Below, piece by piece: positions 14,701 through 28,700 of a stretch of 64,000 bases of DNA (within the stretch, counting starts at the first letter, position 1; each line of letters starts with the position of its first letter). Origin of the DNA: Trichoplax adhaerens (taxonomy: Eukaryota; Animalia; Placozoa); NCBI RefSeq assembly GCF_000150275.1, contig NW_002060954.1, positions 248,001 to 312,000 on the forward strand, in the 5' to 3' direction. A program made the translations under genes and the position numbers. Under the pieces are notes generated by a model. It was given only the letters and a program-made list of their open reading frames with translations, searched no databases and was not told where the DNA came from.

Positions 14701-16072
14701 TTCGGTGTACTTTTGATTTCCACCTGCATATTCGATCGATAAAGATTGCGATCCATTTGAGCCCTCAATCCCTAAGTGTATCAAGTTTATAACACATTAC
14801 ACTGGTACTTTCTGATGAAAATGAGAACAGTGTTTTGAGAATTATAACAGGAAACACATTGTTTTAAGTTATGGTATAATTAAATCTGCGTAGAAAACTT
14901 ATGATTACACACCCAAACTGCTGGTCCTTTTCTTTTATTCAGAACCTTATAGTGAATTCCGGAAAGATCTGCGAATTTAAAGTCAATAAATGTACGTATT
15001 GGCGTATTAAGTACGATTTACTTTCATAATAATAGGTTAACGTCAACATTACAATTTCAAGTGTACTGTACTAGTCAGTAACTAGCGAACGTAAGTCATG
15101 CTATTGGAAAGGACTTATATTGGAAGGAGATCTTAGTCTATGCCTTTCATAGTTCAAGTCGTCCTGACAGGCTTCAATAATATAGTTAACATCAAAGGCT
15201 GAAGAACGATGTTAGATATCATAGCATAATCAGATAGTTTCTTGAGCTGAAAAGGATCTCGAAAGCTATAATTCTAAGCTCAAGCACGCATTGCCTCGCA
15301 AATCATATGACTATTGTACTGAGCTCTACATGCAGTTATGCCGAATACTCGTACGTATATAGCACAAAGACGTAATAAAAGTATAATCATTGCAATGCTG
15401 GAGTTCAAATCACAAAATAAGAGCATTCTTTTGGTACACTCCTTTTAGCTATGGTAATGCGAACACGATACGTTATCAGAGCATTAAAATCTACCATGGC
15501 AAGTTTTAAAGAAACTAGTACGTAGAAATTTGGCTGCAAACTGACCACAAATTCTGCCACATAATCCATCCAAAGCATCAATTTCCCGAATTAAGTGACC
15601 TTTTCCAATGCCTCCAAAAGAAGGATTGCAAGACATCTCACCTAAATAAATTTAATTGATCTTAGCACAATCTGCCCTTAGATCTTTTGTAGATCATGGT
15701 ATGGACTATCTATGAAAATCAGGTATAATCGAACGAAATATTTATACTGTAAGTTAATATACCCGTATACTTGTAAATATGCGTACGAGTAACTAACTAT
15801 AAATAAGAGTACACAAAAATACTCATACAACCGTGTAGCCGGTGATAGGCTACAGGGTATTTACGAAAAAGTTCGTCTGTAAAATCTACAATTGCTGCTA
15901 AATCATATTTACCAATTTTAGTCAAATCGTGAGATATTAGACACACCCTAGAGCCATTACGAGCAGCAGCAGCTGCAGATTCTGTTCCAGCATGACCACC
16001 TCCAACTACAATAACATCGTAAAATGAATCGCAACCCAGGCGATAACAGAAATTTCGAGTGAAGCGCAGCAT
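11782..16072 (-). CDS. MTO1: Mitochondrial tRNA uridine modification protein MTO1 (GidA/MnmG family)
   Basis: [95 protein letters not shown] presequence-like basic N-terminus precedes these; stop at 11782-11784. Confidence 0.96.
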
Positions 16073-16243
16073 ATGAAGGCTTGACCCAAAAGCCTGTCAA
16101 AATTAAAAGTGGTATAGTAGAAGGATAGAAGAATGTTGATGCTTGGCTGCTTGCAACCTCTTTTTCGCTGATACGATCGACACTTTGACCATGCACTAGA
16201 AGCTACCGCTCCTGTAATTTTTAGTAGTTGATGATTTGAAACT

Positions 16244-16448
16244 ACTATACAGTACAGTACAGTACTGTACTGTACGTACACTGCACCCTACTGTTCTGTA
16301 ATACTGTATACTGTAGACACAAATCAAAACAGTTCAGTACGGTACTGTACAGTGTACAGTACAGTATTACACTGAGTATGTACAGTACTCAGTACAATAC
16401 AGTACAACATAAAGACGCTTAAGTTGCTGTTAGTACGGTATCTTGTAC
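16244..16448. repeat. (GTACW)n pentamer array in the MTO1/TERT bidirectional promoter region
   Basis: tacagtacagtacagtactgtactgtacgtac at 16248-16279, with further units to about 16448. It lies between the MTO1 ATG (16072) and the predicted TERT ATG (16546). Confidence 0.9.
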
Positions 16449-16545
16449 CATTCATTTCATTTTATTTGTTTATGAATAAATAAATTGCAATTACAGTATT
16501 CATTAGCCATTACTTCGTCGAAAGGAAAGACCCATTAAAGGCCTT

Positions 16546-19500
16546 ATGGAAACCTGCGCTATCCTAGAACAGCTGCAAAATTTGTATCGCTTGAAGCCCA
16601 ATGATGGAGCAGGTGATTTCGATTTTAAATTTGCGCGCCATAAAACAAACAGACAAGACTTGATTTGTTCACCATGTAAAATGCAGCAGAAATTCTGTGG
16701 AATACGTATAATGTAGATATAGTAAACAAATACATCCCTATGCTAAAATTGTATAATAGCATCCAGACCTTTAACTAATTACTTAACTTTATAGTGGCCA
16801 TTTTGAAAAGCTTATACGACGAAGTTGTAACTTTAAATATCTACTTACGACGCGACGATAGTCCGTTTGATTTCGTCTTGAGACCCAGTGACTATGAAGA
16901 ATACCAAAATTTCCTGTGCCATACGCTCGTTGGACTCTCTGCCGGACAATTAGAATGTTACCATGTAAAAATTAGAAATGAAAAAGAAAAATTAGATATA
17001 AGCGGAACAATCGAACATGTTATTCAGGTATGACAGTGTTATTATAAAACTATAACAACTTGAAGTCCCAATTTACCACGACAATTTCAAAGCAGAGCTT
17101 ATGCAGCAAACAACGTCCATCACATCATATTTTATCTTTAGGTCGAACGAAGGTAAGCAACTTGTAAGATATAGAATAAGAATTTTTAATTGAAATGAGC
17201 TGATCAAAATAGTTATTTCGAATGTATTGAATTAAAATGTAAATATTTTTACGTAGATGGGAGCTCAGATTTGCAAGAACTCAGCTGTAGAAATTATTCA
17301 ATCGCCTGTCTGGAATACTTTATTCTCAAGGTACCCCTTCAATTTAGCATCGCTTGTGTTAAGGATAACGTAAAGGTGCTAACTATATAATTAAGGAAGG
17401 ATCGTATCACCAATTTCAGAATCGATCATCGTTCAGTAATCCATCTATTGAAAGATACTGCAATCTTTATCCCGTTCACGAACACCTCATTGCTACAAGT
17501 TACAGGTGAAGCAGAGGATAATAGAGAATGATTATAATCGCTTTAGTCGTGCTTTAAATATACTAACAAACATTTCTCTGATGCTTAAGGTTGTCCTATA
17601 AATAGGCATATGTATGATTTTCATGCAGCGAAAAATCCTGTCAGTACTTCAGGACCCTATCAGTGTACAGAAAGGTACATATATTAATGAATCAACTACA
17701 TGGTGCCACTTAACTTCTTAGAAATTATGGTGTCTTTTCCTTCTTTGAGAGTTTTAAACAATAACTAATCTTACATAAGAACTAATATTACGTAAACGCT
17801 AGATCAGTATGTACATTGATAAAATTCTATTTAAATACTAGCCTAATGAGCTAGATATAAACTGTAAATTTGTGCACTAACCAGTATTATCCATTTATGA
17901 ACAAACCAGTAAGGGCAAATGTAAATTAACTACTAAAAGTATTAATATTCTATTAGTATCACACATTCTTCGAATGATACAGCATATTGCACATCGGCAT
18001 ACGGTATACAATACAGTACAAGTAAATAAATCTGAAACTGACACCAACAGAAAACAATAGCGAGGCACTTAATTGCTCTACCACGCAACAACTAGTCATC
18101 AGAATTCACTTTGGCCTCTGCATGCAATTCTTTAGTATTACTAAAAGTGAACGTACACATTTTAATTCAACCAGAACGCAAGTTTGAAGTCACTAAAAAA
18201 TAATTGTATTACACGTAAATTAGTAATGCCTTGTGTTTATATTCTACATAAATACCAGTACCAGTACAACTAAACAGCTATGTATTAATACAGTATACTA
18301 CGAGTATATGTGATTACTTCACTGGGTGCCTTTAATTGGGAACTGTAGGAGAGTGAGTACTTTATAAATAAAGTTGCCTACAAGCTGAGTGCATTTGCAA
18401 ACACATTGCCGAGGCGCAACAGAAACTATCAATTAACTATTGATGTATTTACTGTATCTATTGCCATATTTCAATTCAGAAGCAATGAAGAACTACCTAT
18501 TAAAAAACAGTGTCTATATGCCGCTCCTGCAGGATATAGATTTGATCACACTGGCGCTGAAGGTAAAATAGTAACGATTTCAAATTGTTATTTCGCTGGA
18601 TACAGTATTATCCATTTTATATAGTAAGTAAGTATTTGACATGTTACTATTCTACATATCAAATAATAATTTTAAAGGTACAGATTTTCCATTCCTAAGT
18701 TCGATTGATGTTCCTTATGAAGCCAATTACGAAATTGACAGCGAGCATACACCTGTTGCTCAAAGTCACTTTAACGGACTAAAAGTACCAGAAGCTTTAT
18801 CGTCTGATATTAAAACAAGTCAGTTATTCTTTAATTATAAGCTACTGTTTTATATTGTTAACAATCATCGACTCATTTACTTCTTGTTACGTAAACATAA
18901 AACTCACACCAACACACCCACGCCACCTGTACAAGAAGAGGACGATTTAAATCGCGAAGCAAAGTACTGTCGAAGTAGCTTACTGAAGCTCTCCACCAGT
19001 ATTACCCGTATTATGTATTCCAGAGTCAGTAAGGAAAGTTTAAATTCGTCTAGTAGTAAGTATTGTATTATTCATATGTTAATATAAAATATTTTTAGTG
19101 ATGGTTTCAATGCTAAGAAATTCTGTACATGTATTTTAAAGAACTTCCGTTTTTATATAAACTGCCTAGATATCGTCGAAGTGGCCCACAGCAGCCGCAG
19201 GGGTGCTCGAAAATTGATAACAAGAATATTTTTATCAAATCAGATTCACCAGTCAAAATGTAAATAATTTTTATTGTAACTTTTTGTATACATTCTAAAT
19301 GATTTCAATGAATATTAAAAAAATTAATAGTCCTATGGCTTTATAATTCGATTTTACGTTCATCTCTAGATAATAAAAAAGGAACTATACAGGTTAGACT
19401 CTTGAAATTATGCAAGATAACCAAATCAAGAATCATTCATACCATTATGTCAAAAGAGGATTCCCAATTGCTAAATGATTTATCTTGGGTTTAGTCTTGT

Positions 19501-22500
19501 CGTCTGCCAAGAAGATTAATTCGATTACAGCAAATATTTCAGTCGTTCATCAAACGTCATAAGTAAGTTCATCATCGTGTCGTATAGAAACATAACATCT
19601 TGGTCTATGTGATCTTCGCATCTAAATAATGAGTTTATCGCTAGAAAATGTCGGTTTCAAGCTTTATTACACCGTCAATGTCCACTAAAGCCTCATCAGA
19701 TATTTCCGATCGAGGCAAGCGTAACTATTTTCTTAGCTAGTAATTCTATATCAAAGTTTAGTTTTTGTAGTAAATTATGATATGGTTTTATTTCAGAAGA
19801 ATATGCCATATAAGATTACTTCTACAGTATCACTAACCTGATCTAATAACCTTATACAATAGCAAACAGTAAATATTAACTGTAAAAAGCGAACTGAGAC
19901 GAAAGTAGCTACTAATTACAGTTGTCTACGGAATAATTATTCCACTCCTGTTCAAGTAAGCAGACAGTGTTTATTATACCCTTAATATGCTACGTTTGAT
20001 GTTAACAATTAATACTAGTTTGTCGAAGGTTTATTCTTTTTTAGTATCTGTCTGTAACCACGTTATACCACAACAGCTATGGGGATGCAAAAGAAACAAG
20101 CAATTATTTTATAACAGTATGTAGACTTCCATGCTCCTACAGTATATATTTCTAATGAAAATTATAAGTATCTAAGTCAGAGCGGTCCTAATTTTTGCTC
20201 TAAATTTTCCGCTGACCTAATAATCTATACTCTTCAAAAATTTTAAAGAACTGTTCCGATTTATACATCTACATAAAAATGAAAAATTCACCTGCCGCGA
20301 CATCATGATGAATATGAAGGTACATTATTTAACCACCAAATAATGTAATTCTAATACCCAGCAATTTCTAAATAAATAACAGAAAGAAAATAAACACTAT
20401 TCAGATTTCAGAGTGTATTTGGGCCAATAATTTCATGCAGAAAGCCAAATTGTCTCCTATAAGTAACAGTGAAAAATCATGGAGATTATGTACTACTTTC
20501 TTTTGGTGGTTGTTCAACGATTACTGCTTATCAATATTAAAGGTAGCCCTGAATTGATACCTTACCATTTTTGTAGATGATTAATGTTACTAATTTTTCA
20601 GTTAGAATCATGAATAATTCACTTGGATCAAGTACTTTTTATCTCAAATTTTAATAACCTCTTGATCTTAGCCATTTTGTGCTTCTGATTTTGTTAGGGA
20701 TATTTTTATGTAACTGACTCAGATAATACAAAAAATAAAATTTTTTACTATCGGAAGTCAATATGGCGAAGAATACTTACTCTCGGTGTAACAGGTGGAT
20801 TCAAATGAGACTTGACAAATATCCTAGCGAAATTTTCAACAGCATAATTCGTTTCTATTAGGTCTTTTACGAGAAAAATTTAAGAAAATTGACAAGGTTG
20901 AAATATTCTTTTACACTTGTTGTGTATCAAAATTACAATAATATATTTTAACTTACTTACAGAAAACCTACAAGAAGTTACTGCACGAACAGAAAACCCT
21001 CGGGTGTTCAGGATTGCGATTTCTACCGAAAGATAAAAAACTGAGACCTATCATTGCGCTAAATAGAAAAACTTTTTCATCAGATGTTATGGTATTCCTT
21101 GTTAACATGCGTTAGCTCTGCTTGTCAAAACTCACATCAGAAATTTTCGATAATGTTATCTCCTATATTCACTAGAATAAAACCTTACAAAAATCGAAAG
21201 GATCACATTGCAGCAATCTGCCAATAAATGATCAACTTCGAAAGATATTTAACATTCTAACTTACGAAAAAGTATGAAAATCATGAAATGAAATAAGTAT
21301 ATCTCTAAGTATTACGTGAGTACTCTCGGTTTACTATCGCCTACTTCAAGAAATGTAACGTAATTTTGCAGAATAAAGCTGTCTATAATAAAAGTCCCGG
21401 CATTTTTGGCTTTCATGACATTTATTATCAATGGAAAAATTTCATAAGCAACGTAAATCCTCAATCGCATGACAGGTAAACATCAGTAGTCACTAACAAG
21501 TTATCTTGTATCATTATACAGTAGTACAATAATTTGCATCCAAAAGAAAACGTAATTTCTGAAAATTCTATCAACATTGCTCCTTTATCCACATTTAGAA
21601 AGTGGTACTTCGCTAGTGTTGATATAAAGAATTGCTTCGACTCAATCCGGCAGGAGAAATTGTTAAGTATTGTTGATAAATTACTGAATCAGGTAATAGA
21701 ATTTTTAAAATGAATCGTATGTACATTAGATAAGTTAAACTAGGAAATTTTCAATACCTTAGGATGAATACTTGATGTATCAATTTACAATGGTATCACG
21801 ACGAAATAATAAGAATTGCTCCAATATTCAACGTTACATCTTAAAAAACGGTTAATTTTATAATTACTTGCGCTTATAGCCTCTAATCCGCTAATTCGCT
21901 TACGAATCACACACCCTAGGTGACATGAGTGCAACTGCACGTTTATTAAAATTCAGTGAAAATGAAAGCAATTCAAGAATGCGACATTGCATTGTCTACG
22001 ATAAGGTCAAACAGTCAGTTATAACTGACCAATTTAATTCTAGCGCATTAGTGATGTAGACGAGACAGTGAAACTCTTAATCATTCTTTGTGGAATTTAA
22101 GGATGATGGTCTTTCAGGAAAATAGTTAATAATCTTTATAATTTTATACCTAAGATAAATCAGAATTAAGTTTTTGATAAAAGTTATGGTAACCATAGTA
22201 CAATGTTATCGAGTTCTCGATGCTTGACTAATCATGATTATGTACCTATGATAAACCAGGCTGTAATTGAAGTAGTTAAGAAAACTTTTGTTCTAGAGCA
22301 AATCAAAAAACATATTACTAATAACATTGTGCAGGTTACTCATGATTTTTACTAGTAATACCCGAGAGTTTTCCGTAGTAATGACTATTAAATATTGCTA
22401 AATCATTTACAAGTAGGTTAACGGAGAATATTATAAGCAGACTAGTGGTATTCCTCAGGGATCTATTCTTTCCTCGGTCCTCTGCTAGTAAGCGAAATGG

Positions 22501-24429
22501 AATCTATGATCTAGATTCGAAACTTGATAAAAAATGTTAAAATTAGATGTTTTTATTGCATCATACATTTTAGTATATTTTATAACATGATGGAAAATAC
22601 TTATTTAAAAGAATTCATGAACCAGAGCAATGTAGTAAGTATTTACGATACCTTATTTTTTGTTCTATGAATTTTTATATAGTCTTAGAATTCTCTCGTA
22701 TACAATACCAAATTAAGAGCAAAAAATCCTCAAGACTTTTTCAGTACAAATAACAAACATAAATCTATTCAACGTTATATCTGTGTACCGTACATTAATG
22801 TAATAAAGCCGTTTACATTGAGCTCCTGTGATAAAATAGTTTTTTGCAAGGTTAACAGACGATTTCTTATTGGTGGCTAATAATAAAGACGTCTGCTGCG
22901 CTTTTATTAATAAAATGGCTAAAGGTTATGTGCAATTCTACAAGACAATATGTAATTGATAGCAAATTAAAAATTATTAACATGTTCGAGATTTTCCTAA
23001 TACCTTTTAGGTATTCCAGAGTACGGTTGTGAACTTAATCTTGCAAAATGTCTAGTAAATGAAAAATTAGCTGTTATGAATGATTTTCAACCGAATCTTT
23101 GTAAAAATTCAAGTACTGAGAAATTAAAGCCTTTCAAAATTTAGTGGATAATTTACACACTCTTAACCCAATGTGTCTTTCTCCACTTAAGGTTATTTTC
23201 CATGGTGTGGGTTGCTTTTCAATATTAACACATTAGAAGTGTTATCAGATTACAATCGATATACTCATATACGTAAGTAAAGTTTTTACGTAATAACTTT
23301 ACTCATGCCAAAAAATAAACTGTCGTAATTATCATGTAGGCATTAGTGAATGTATGACAATCAATATCAGTAATAATGCCGGACAAACAATGAGAGCTAA
23401 AATGCTTCAGTAAGTAGTAACCTATTTGTTCTATTAATACAAATTGCATTATATATCCCATCCTATCATGCAACGTATTTTGCCTGTTTATGTGAATACC
23501 AATTAGCTGCATTTTTCTTACAGGTACGTGAGAATGTTATGTCAAATAATTACTCTTGATCCTGAGGTATGTAGTAGCCGTGTTCATGTTTTAAATCCAC
23601 AATGAATTAAAATGAATGTAAATACTTTTAGATGAATTCAAAGCTCACAATAGGCATTAACATCTTCGATAAACTCCAACTAATAATGCTGAAATTTTTG
23701 GCCTATGTTCATCGACTACCGAAAGGGAAGAAACCTAACAGTAGTGTGCAGTACTTTGACCGTAAGACACCTTTTACACAATATAATAAATTTAACGTGG
23801 TATTTGCTACTGATTGCATATTTAATGGTAATAATAACGTTGAATTCTTTAATTTAATGCTATTCGAAGATATGTTAATGGACATGATTCATTGTCTGTA
23901 TATTACTGCACGAAGATGTTGTCGAAAGGTAATATTACATCGTTCAATAAAACGAAATTTACACTTTCATGGATATGCAAGCCAAAAATTATTCTTATCT
24001 TATATTTGATAATGAACTACGTAGTATGGCGTACTATTCTGTCTTGAAATGGATGAATTGATATGGTAATATATCTTTGTGACCGTATGATATGTTGTAT
24101 ATTACATGTTTCAACAACTTTTAATATGAAGATGTATTAACATGTAATTTGAAAAAAATAAGGCTAGGCGTCCAAGCTGCCTGCACTCATTTAGTCAAAT
24201 TATCATCATCATGCATTTTTAATATTCGAATCATGAAATTTCGATTGCAATGCCTAACCGAGGTTAGTAATTAGCAGTGTTCTACGTACTGCTATAAACT
24301 TTTTTGTTTAATTGATGCTAACAAATTTTATTACCCTCATCGATCCAGAGAATATCTATTGAAAGACGAAATTTCCTTTTAGAAATTCTAAACGCCCGTT
24401 CAAGAATTTTAGCCAGTGTTAATCTATAA
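16546..24429 (+). CDS. TERT: Telomerase reverse transcriptase (TEN, TRBD, RT and CTE domains; about 30 exons)
   Basis: TEN: AILKSLYDEVVTL...LLQVTG. CP: CRFQALLHRQCP. QFP-region: QVYSFL...PQQLWG. T motif: GYFYVTD...IFYYRKSIW. Motifs 1/2: LRFLPKDKKLRPI. A: FASVDIKNCFDSI. B': GIPQGSILSSVLC. C: RLTDDFLLV. D: GIPEYGCELNLAK. E: FPWCGLLFN. Exon 1 (16546-16612) was chosen by phase compatibility and is less certain. Confidence 0.95.
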
Positions 24430-25175
24430 TGAACTTAATATACTAACTTCTTATAAGCACTCCTTAAATCATTTACTAAATTCTTTTCATGTTCTATTGT
24501 AAACGTAGTGACTAATATTGCAAGCACCAATATTAATTAGAAAACTCGATTCACGGCGGAAGACAGATCGAATAAGTTTACATTAGATAATCATATCGTT
24601 TGTGCATACTGTCAAATATATCAGGAATCTTTTCCTAGATATTCAACTTTAACGGACATTGGTATTATCAAATATGATTTATAAAGGCCCTGTAAATCAT
24701 TTTATTCATATTTATTGAACTCGTAATTACGATTCCAGCATCTGTAGTACTGTAAAGCAATATATATAATCAGTAGCAGTAACTTCTAAGGAGGTATGAG
24801 ACATCCCATGTTAGTAACATCTATGTCTGTTAATCGTTTAACATAGTAAACAATGTCTAATTTAATCGACATGCATATTGCAGGATTTAAAATAAATTGT
24901 TAGTCATAACCATTAGCTTAGCTATAAATTATGACTCGCCATGAACAATTGCAAATATTCCGCAACAAATCTGTTGATAAATGAAAATGTCTACTGTAAA
25001 GTAAATTAATACAGACAGATACCCTCATGATACTTTTATTAATGATGACTAGTATAAAGGTACTCACAGTCACCAACAGGTATTTCAATAAGCAAAATCA
25101 AGTTTGTAAAAGTAAAACATGTATACATAATATGAATCTTATTATATATACAGTCGCAGCATAATTCTTTACGAA

Positions 25176-25730
25176 TTAATCAATTCCACTGAAAAGGTCA
25201 AAATCTTCTGATTGTTCGTCAATCCGACAACGCAAATATCTGGGCATTTCAGATTTAAGATCCTCTATTGTTACGTTCTCATTTGCTTGAGATTTAGAGA
25301 GATTTGCTTGTGAAGATTGTGTAGAAGACCGACGAGACGGTGGACAGTATACCGTCGTAACCGTATTAACTTGTTCTCTATCATTTAACTGATCATGTAA
25401 TCGTGATGAATCGGTTAGAGATACAACTGGTGCTGAGCTTCGGCGGCCTTTTGATTTCGATTTGAAGTCAAGAAATTCACTTTTTAATTCATCATTACCA
25501 TCAGCAAGTTCATGCCTTAAATTCCTTTGATTTTCATCGACATTCTGTAACTGTTTGTTCACGGCTTTTTCTAACTTTAATAATTTCTGATTAAGTTTCT
25601 GAGAACTATTAAAATTTTGACGATCAACGGTCTTTTTAGGAATAACCTGTGCTTGAGAAATATTCTTTGTTACGTGCGTGCACGATAGATCATTTTTACC
25701 ATTAGTCGGATGTTTACGGCTAGTATTCAT
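25176..25730 (-). CDS. 184-aa coiled-coil protein, possible CCDC190-like
   Basis: Long ORF in AT-rich DNA with a splice acceptor just upstream of the ATG. LNQKLLKL-x14-QRNLRHEL and C-terminal RYLRCR resemble my recollection of human CCDC190 (LDQRLQRL-x14-QRQLQKEL; HYLRHR). Confidence 0.6.
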   Translation of the reverse strand: MNTSRKHPTNGKNDLSCTHVTKNISQAQVIPKKTVDRQNFNSSQKLNQKLLKLEKAVNKQLQNVDENQRNLRHELADGNDELKSEFLDFKSKSKGRRSSAPVVSLTDSSRLHDQLNDREQVNTVTTVYCPPSRRSSTQSSQANLSKSQANENVTIEDLKSEMPRYLRCRIDEQSEDFDLFSGID

Positions 25731-28700
25731 GGTTATTGCTTTTAAGAATTAGGAATCTTTAAACTAAAAATAGACAAAAGATGTTTTAAGCTTCATAAAA
25801 GTAAATACTAGTCCAATAGATTAAGCATTGACTGAATAATTTATGTTTAAGAAAATTTGCAGTTTCGTAAAAATTATCAGCACTCTAGCATTTGTAGTAG
25901 CAGTACCACCTTATACTTAAAAGTTTTTACAGCATAGCTTATTGCTGAAGGTATGATGCAGACTTTGCTAATGGAAACTGCAAGCACTCGTAGAAAAAAA
26001 TTTATTAATTATCGGCAAAGCCAAAGACAACAGCCAGATCAAGCTAGAACATCTAATTTCTCATGAAAATCTGATGATTTCAGTGACAATCACAAATAAA
26101 TTTATATACATACCCGCTTTAGTATTACTGTATTTTATAGAGTAGAAGATTATCATACCTAAAAAGCTTACGTATCTAGGATAAGCCTATCATATTTTCT
26201 AATAAATCACGAAAATACCGTAGGCTATTCGAGCACTTAGTTCTATATATGTCCTTATATACGCATACAGTACCGTGTACTTCGCTATGAAATATCACGG
26301 CTAATAACATTAATAAGTACATTAAAGTACGAATCAATATTGCAAGAGCGCCTCCATAAGAATAGTAAAATATCGATACAATTTACTCATGTAGTTCTTG
26401 ACTACTGCTAAGCAGGTTATTTATCCAATATCCTGAAATTTTGGATCACGTCGATAAACCGTAAACAGGAATATCAGTGATTTACTAATTATCATAGTCA
26501 CGAAGTCTCAATGCGCACTTAAATGATTCACGTCAATTTGGTTTTATTTTGTTTTTATCAAACTAGCACAACTGAATCCGCTTGTACTTAGTGATAATTA
26601 TAATTAATTTACGATAGTAATCTATCTTGCGATACAGGAAAAAGAAACAAAATTAAAATTTTAAATGTACGAGTATACGCTGTATGCAGCAATCGAAATA
26701 CTGAATCTTAAAGCAATCTTGCAAAATATTCGCATATTTATCGATGTTATCGTAGAAAACGGTGCTGGTTGTAGCTTAGTGTATGATTAACCATTATATA
26801 AATATCAAATTATTTCGCTATCTTTTAACGGAAGCACAAAACTTGCTGAAGAAATATAACTTACTAATTAAGTATTTGATCATTTAATCATTTTACCACA
26901 TTAATTCTATGCAGTAAGATCATAAAGCGAATTTAAAACATGCTGATAATAAATTCTGACATTATCAATGCAATATCAGTTGCCTTATCTTTGTTAAAGA
27001 AATCATGTTAATAATGATGAAGAAAAAGGCTTATTATATTTACTGAAACAATGGATTCTTAATCACTCTAATAACTCCATTCAGTAACTTAATCAGTAGT
27101 GTCAATTAAGAATTTAAGCCAATTAGTTATTTACAGTAAATTAATTAATTGTTATCTTAGTTTGGTAACTTACATCAGTACTACTTCGTCTCGACGCTTT
27201 ATTTTTCCTTAATTTATATTTATACAATACAGAAATGTAAATTTACTGAGATAATTCAATCACAATGAAATAAAATCCCATGATATGAATTTATATATAT
27301 GCTATTAAAATTAACTACTATAACCAGTAGTTCATGTTCACTAGCAATGAAGCAATTTGAAACAACCAGAAAGCACAGATACATAGAAACTCTAGTTAGC
27401 CGCTCCTAAAATATCATCGGCGTAAAGAACATCATATACGCCGACAAAATACACTATAACACGCATAATTAACTTAACGAGCTTGATAATTAGAGCTAAA
27501 ACAAAAAACACGTAGACAAGTATAGATTCACAATATTCAAGTTATGACCCTGCTTGGGCAACGTTGTGGACGCTTTCATATTAATCTGGTAAACTCTATC
27601 TCCTTTACTTTGCACCATAGATAACTAAAGATTGAAGAGCACTGGAACCATGTAGCTTACAATGAATAAGTTAAACAGTAATTGAAGCATGACTACTAAA
27701 CGTAACATGTGACTGACATTAGCTTCATGACAACAAAAAATGCTTTACCATTGATGTAGCCAGCATCCATGTGACTTAGCTATCTTTAACACTAGTACAG
27801 TACAGTACTATCACCACTGAGAACTCACAACACTCTATCTAACTTTATACTGAACTCCCTATTCTATTGTGTACAGAACTGATTACTCTCAAGAAAGCTC
27901 GCCAAACCGTTGCACCCTGTATTGTAGTATGAAGTTAAAGTACAGCAGGTCGGGAGAATTACACTACATCTACAGTAACTGCGGTGTGTACACTGCATTT
28001 GGCTTCCGATATTTACAATAGACAGAAATGTTGCTAAAATAAAACAGAACATTAATATTTCAGAGCATAGTTGCCAATTTCAAGGGATTAATCAAATCTA
28101 AGATTTATATACAGGATAGGTAATCAGAAATTCTGAGCAAAAGAGGCATCTGATTTGCTGGCGAATATGGACACAGAGTCGGTCACCACACAAGGAAATC
28201 ATTGACCTTAATCATGCAGCGACAATCAATTTATAAAATCAATTTATAGTAAACTGGGATTACAAATAATTTCAATGCATGTAATGTTTAGGCCAGATGA
28301 TTCTGGATACAGCCATATACCCACACTTTTGCCATAAAAAAGGTTAAACAAACCGAAGTACCTATCAAATTCCAACCTCTACAGTGAGCAGAAAGTACTG
28401 TACGGTACAACATAAAATTTCATTTGATTTGATATATCTGAATTTACTCTTACGAAGACGGATAATTCTACAATTTATCAAACCAGCTTAAAATACAGCA
28501 GCAGTTAGACAACGTTGCAAATGTATTTAACGGTAAAATATAAATACCCTGTTTGGAAATTACATCACCATTTATTGTACCCAAATATTGAACTTCGAAT
28601 GAACTAGCATTGTTTGTGAATATCGATTGAAAAAGTTGTACGTATGGACTATAAACCAACATTAGCATACAATCTGTCGCAGCTAACGTTGAGATGTTAA

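Noticed and set aside
19715-19726. Possible GC donor in TERT (GAG/gcaagc)
   Set aside because: An in-phase GT donor lies 6 nt downstream, so a GC donor is not required.
21580-23270. RT motifs as a retrotransposon
   Set aside because: They are intron-split and embedded in a gene with TEN, CP, T and CTE regions, so this is TERT.
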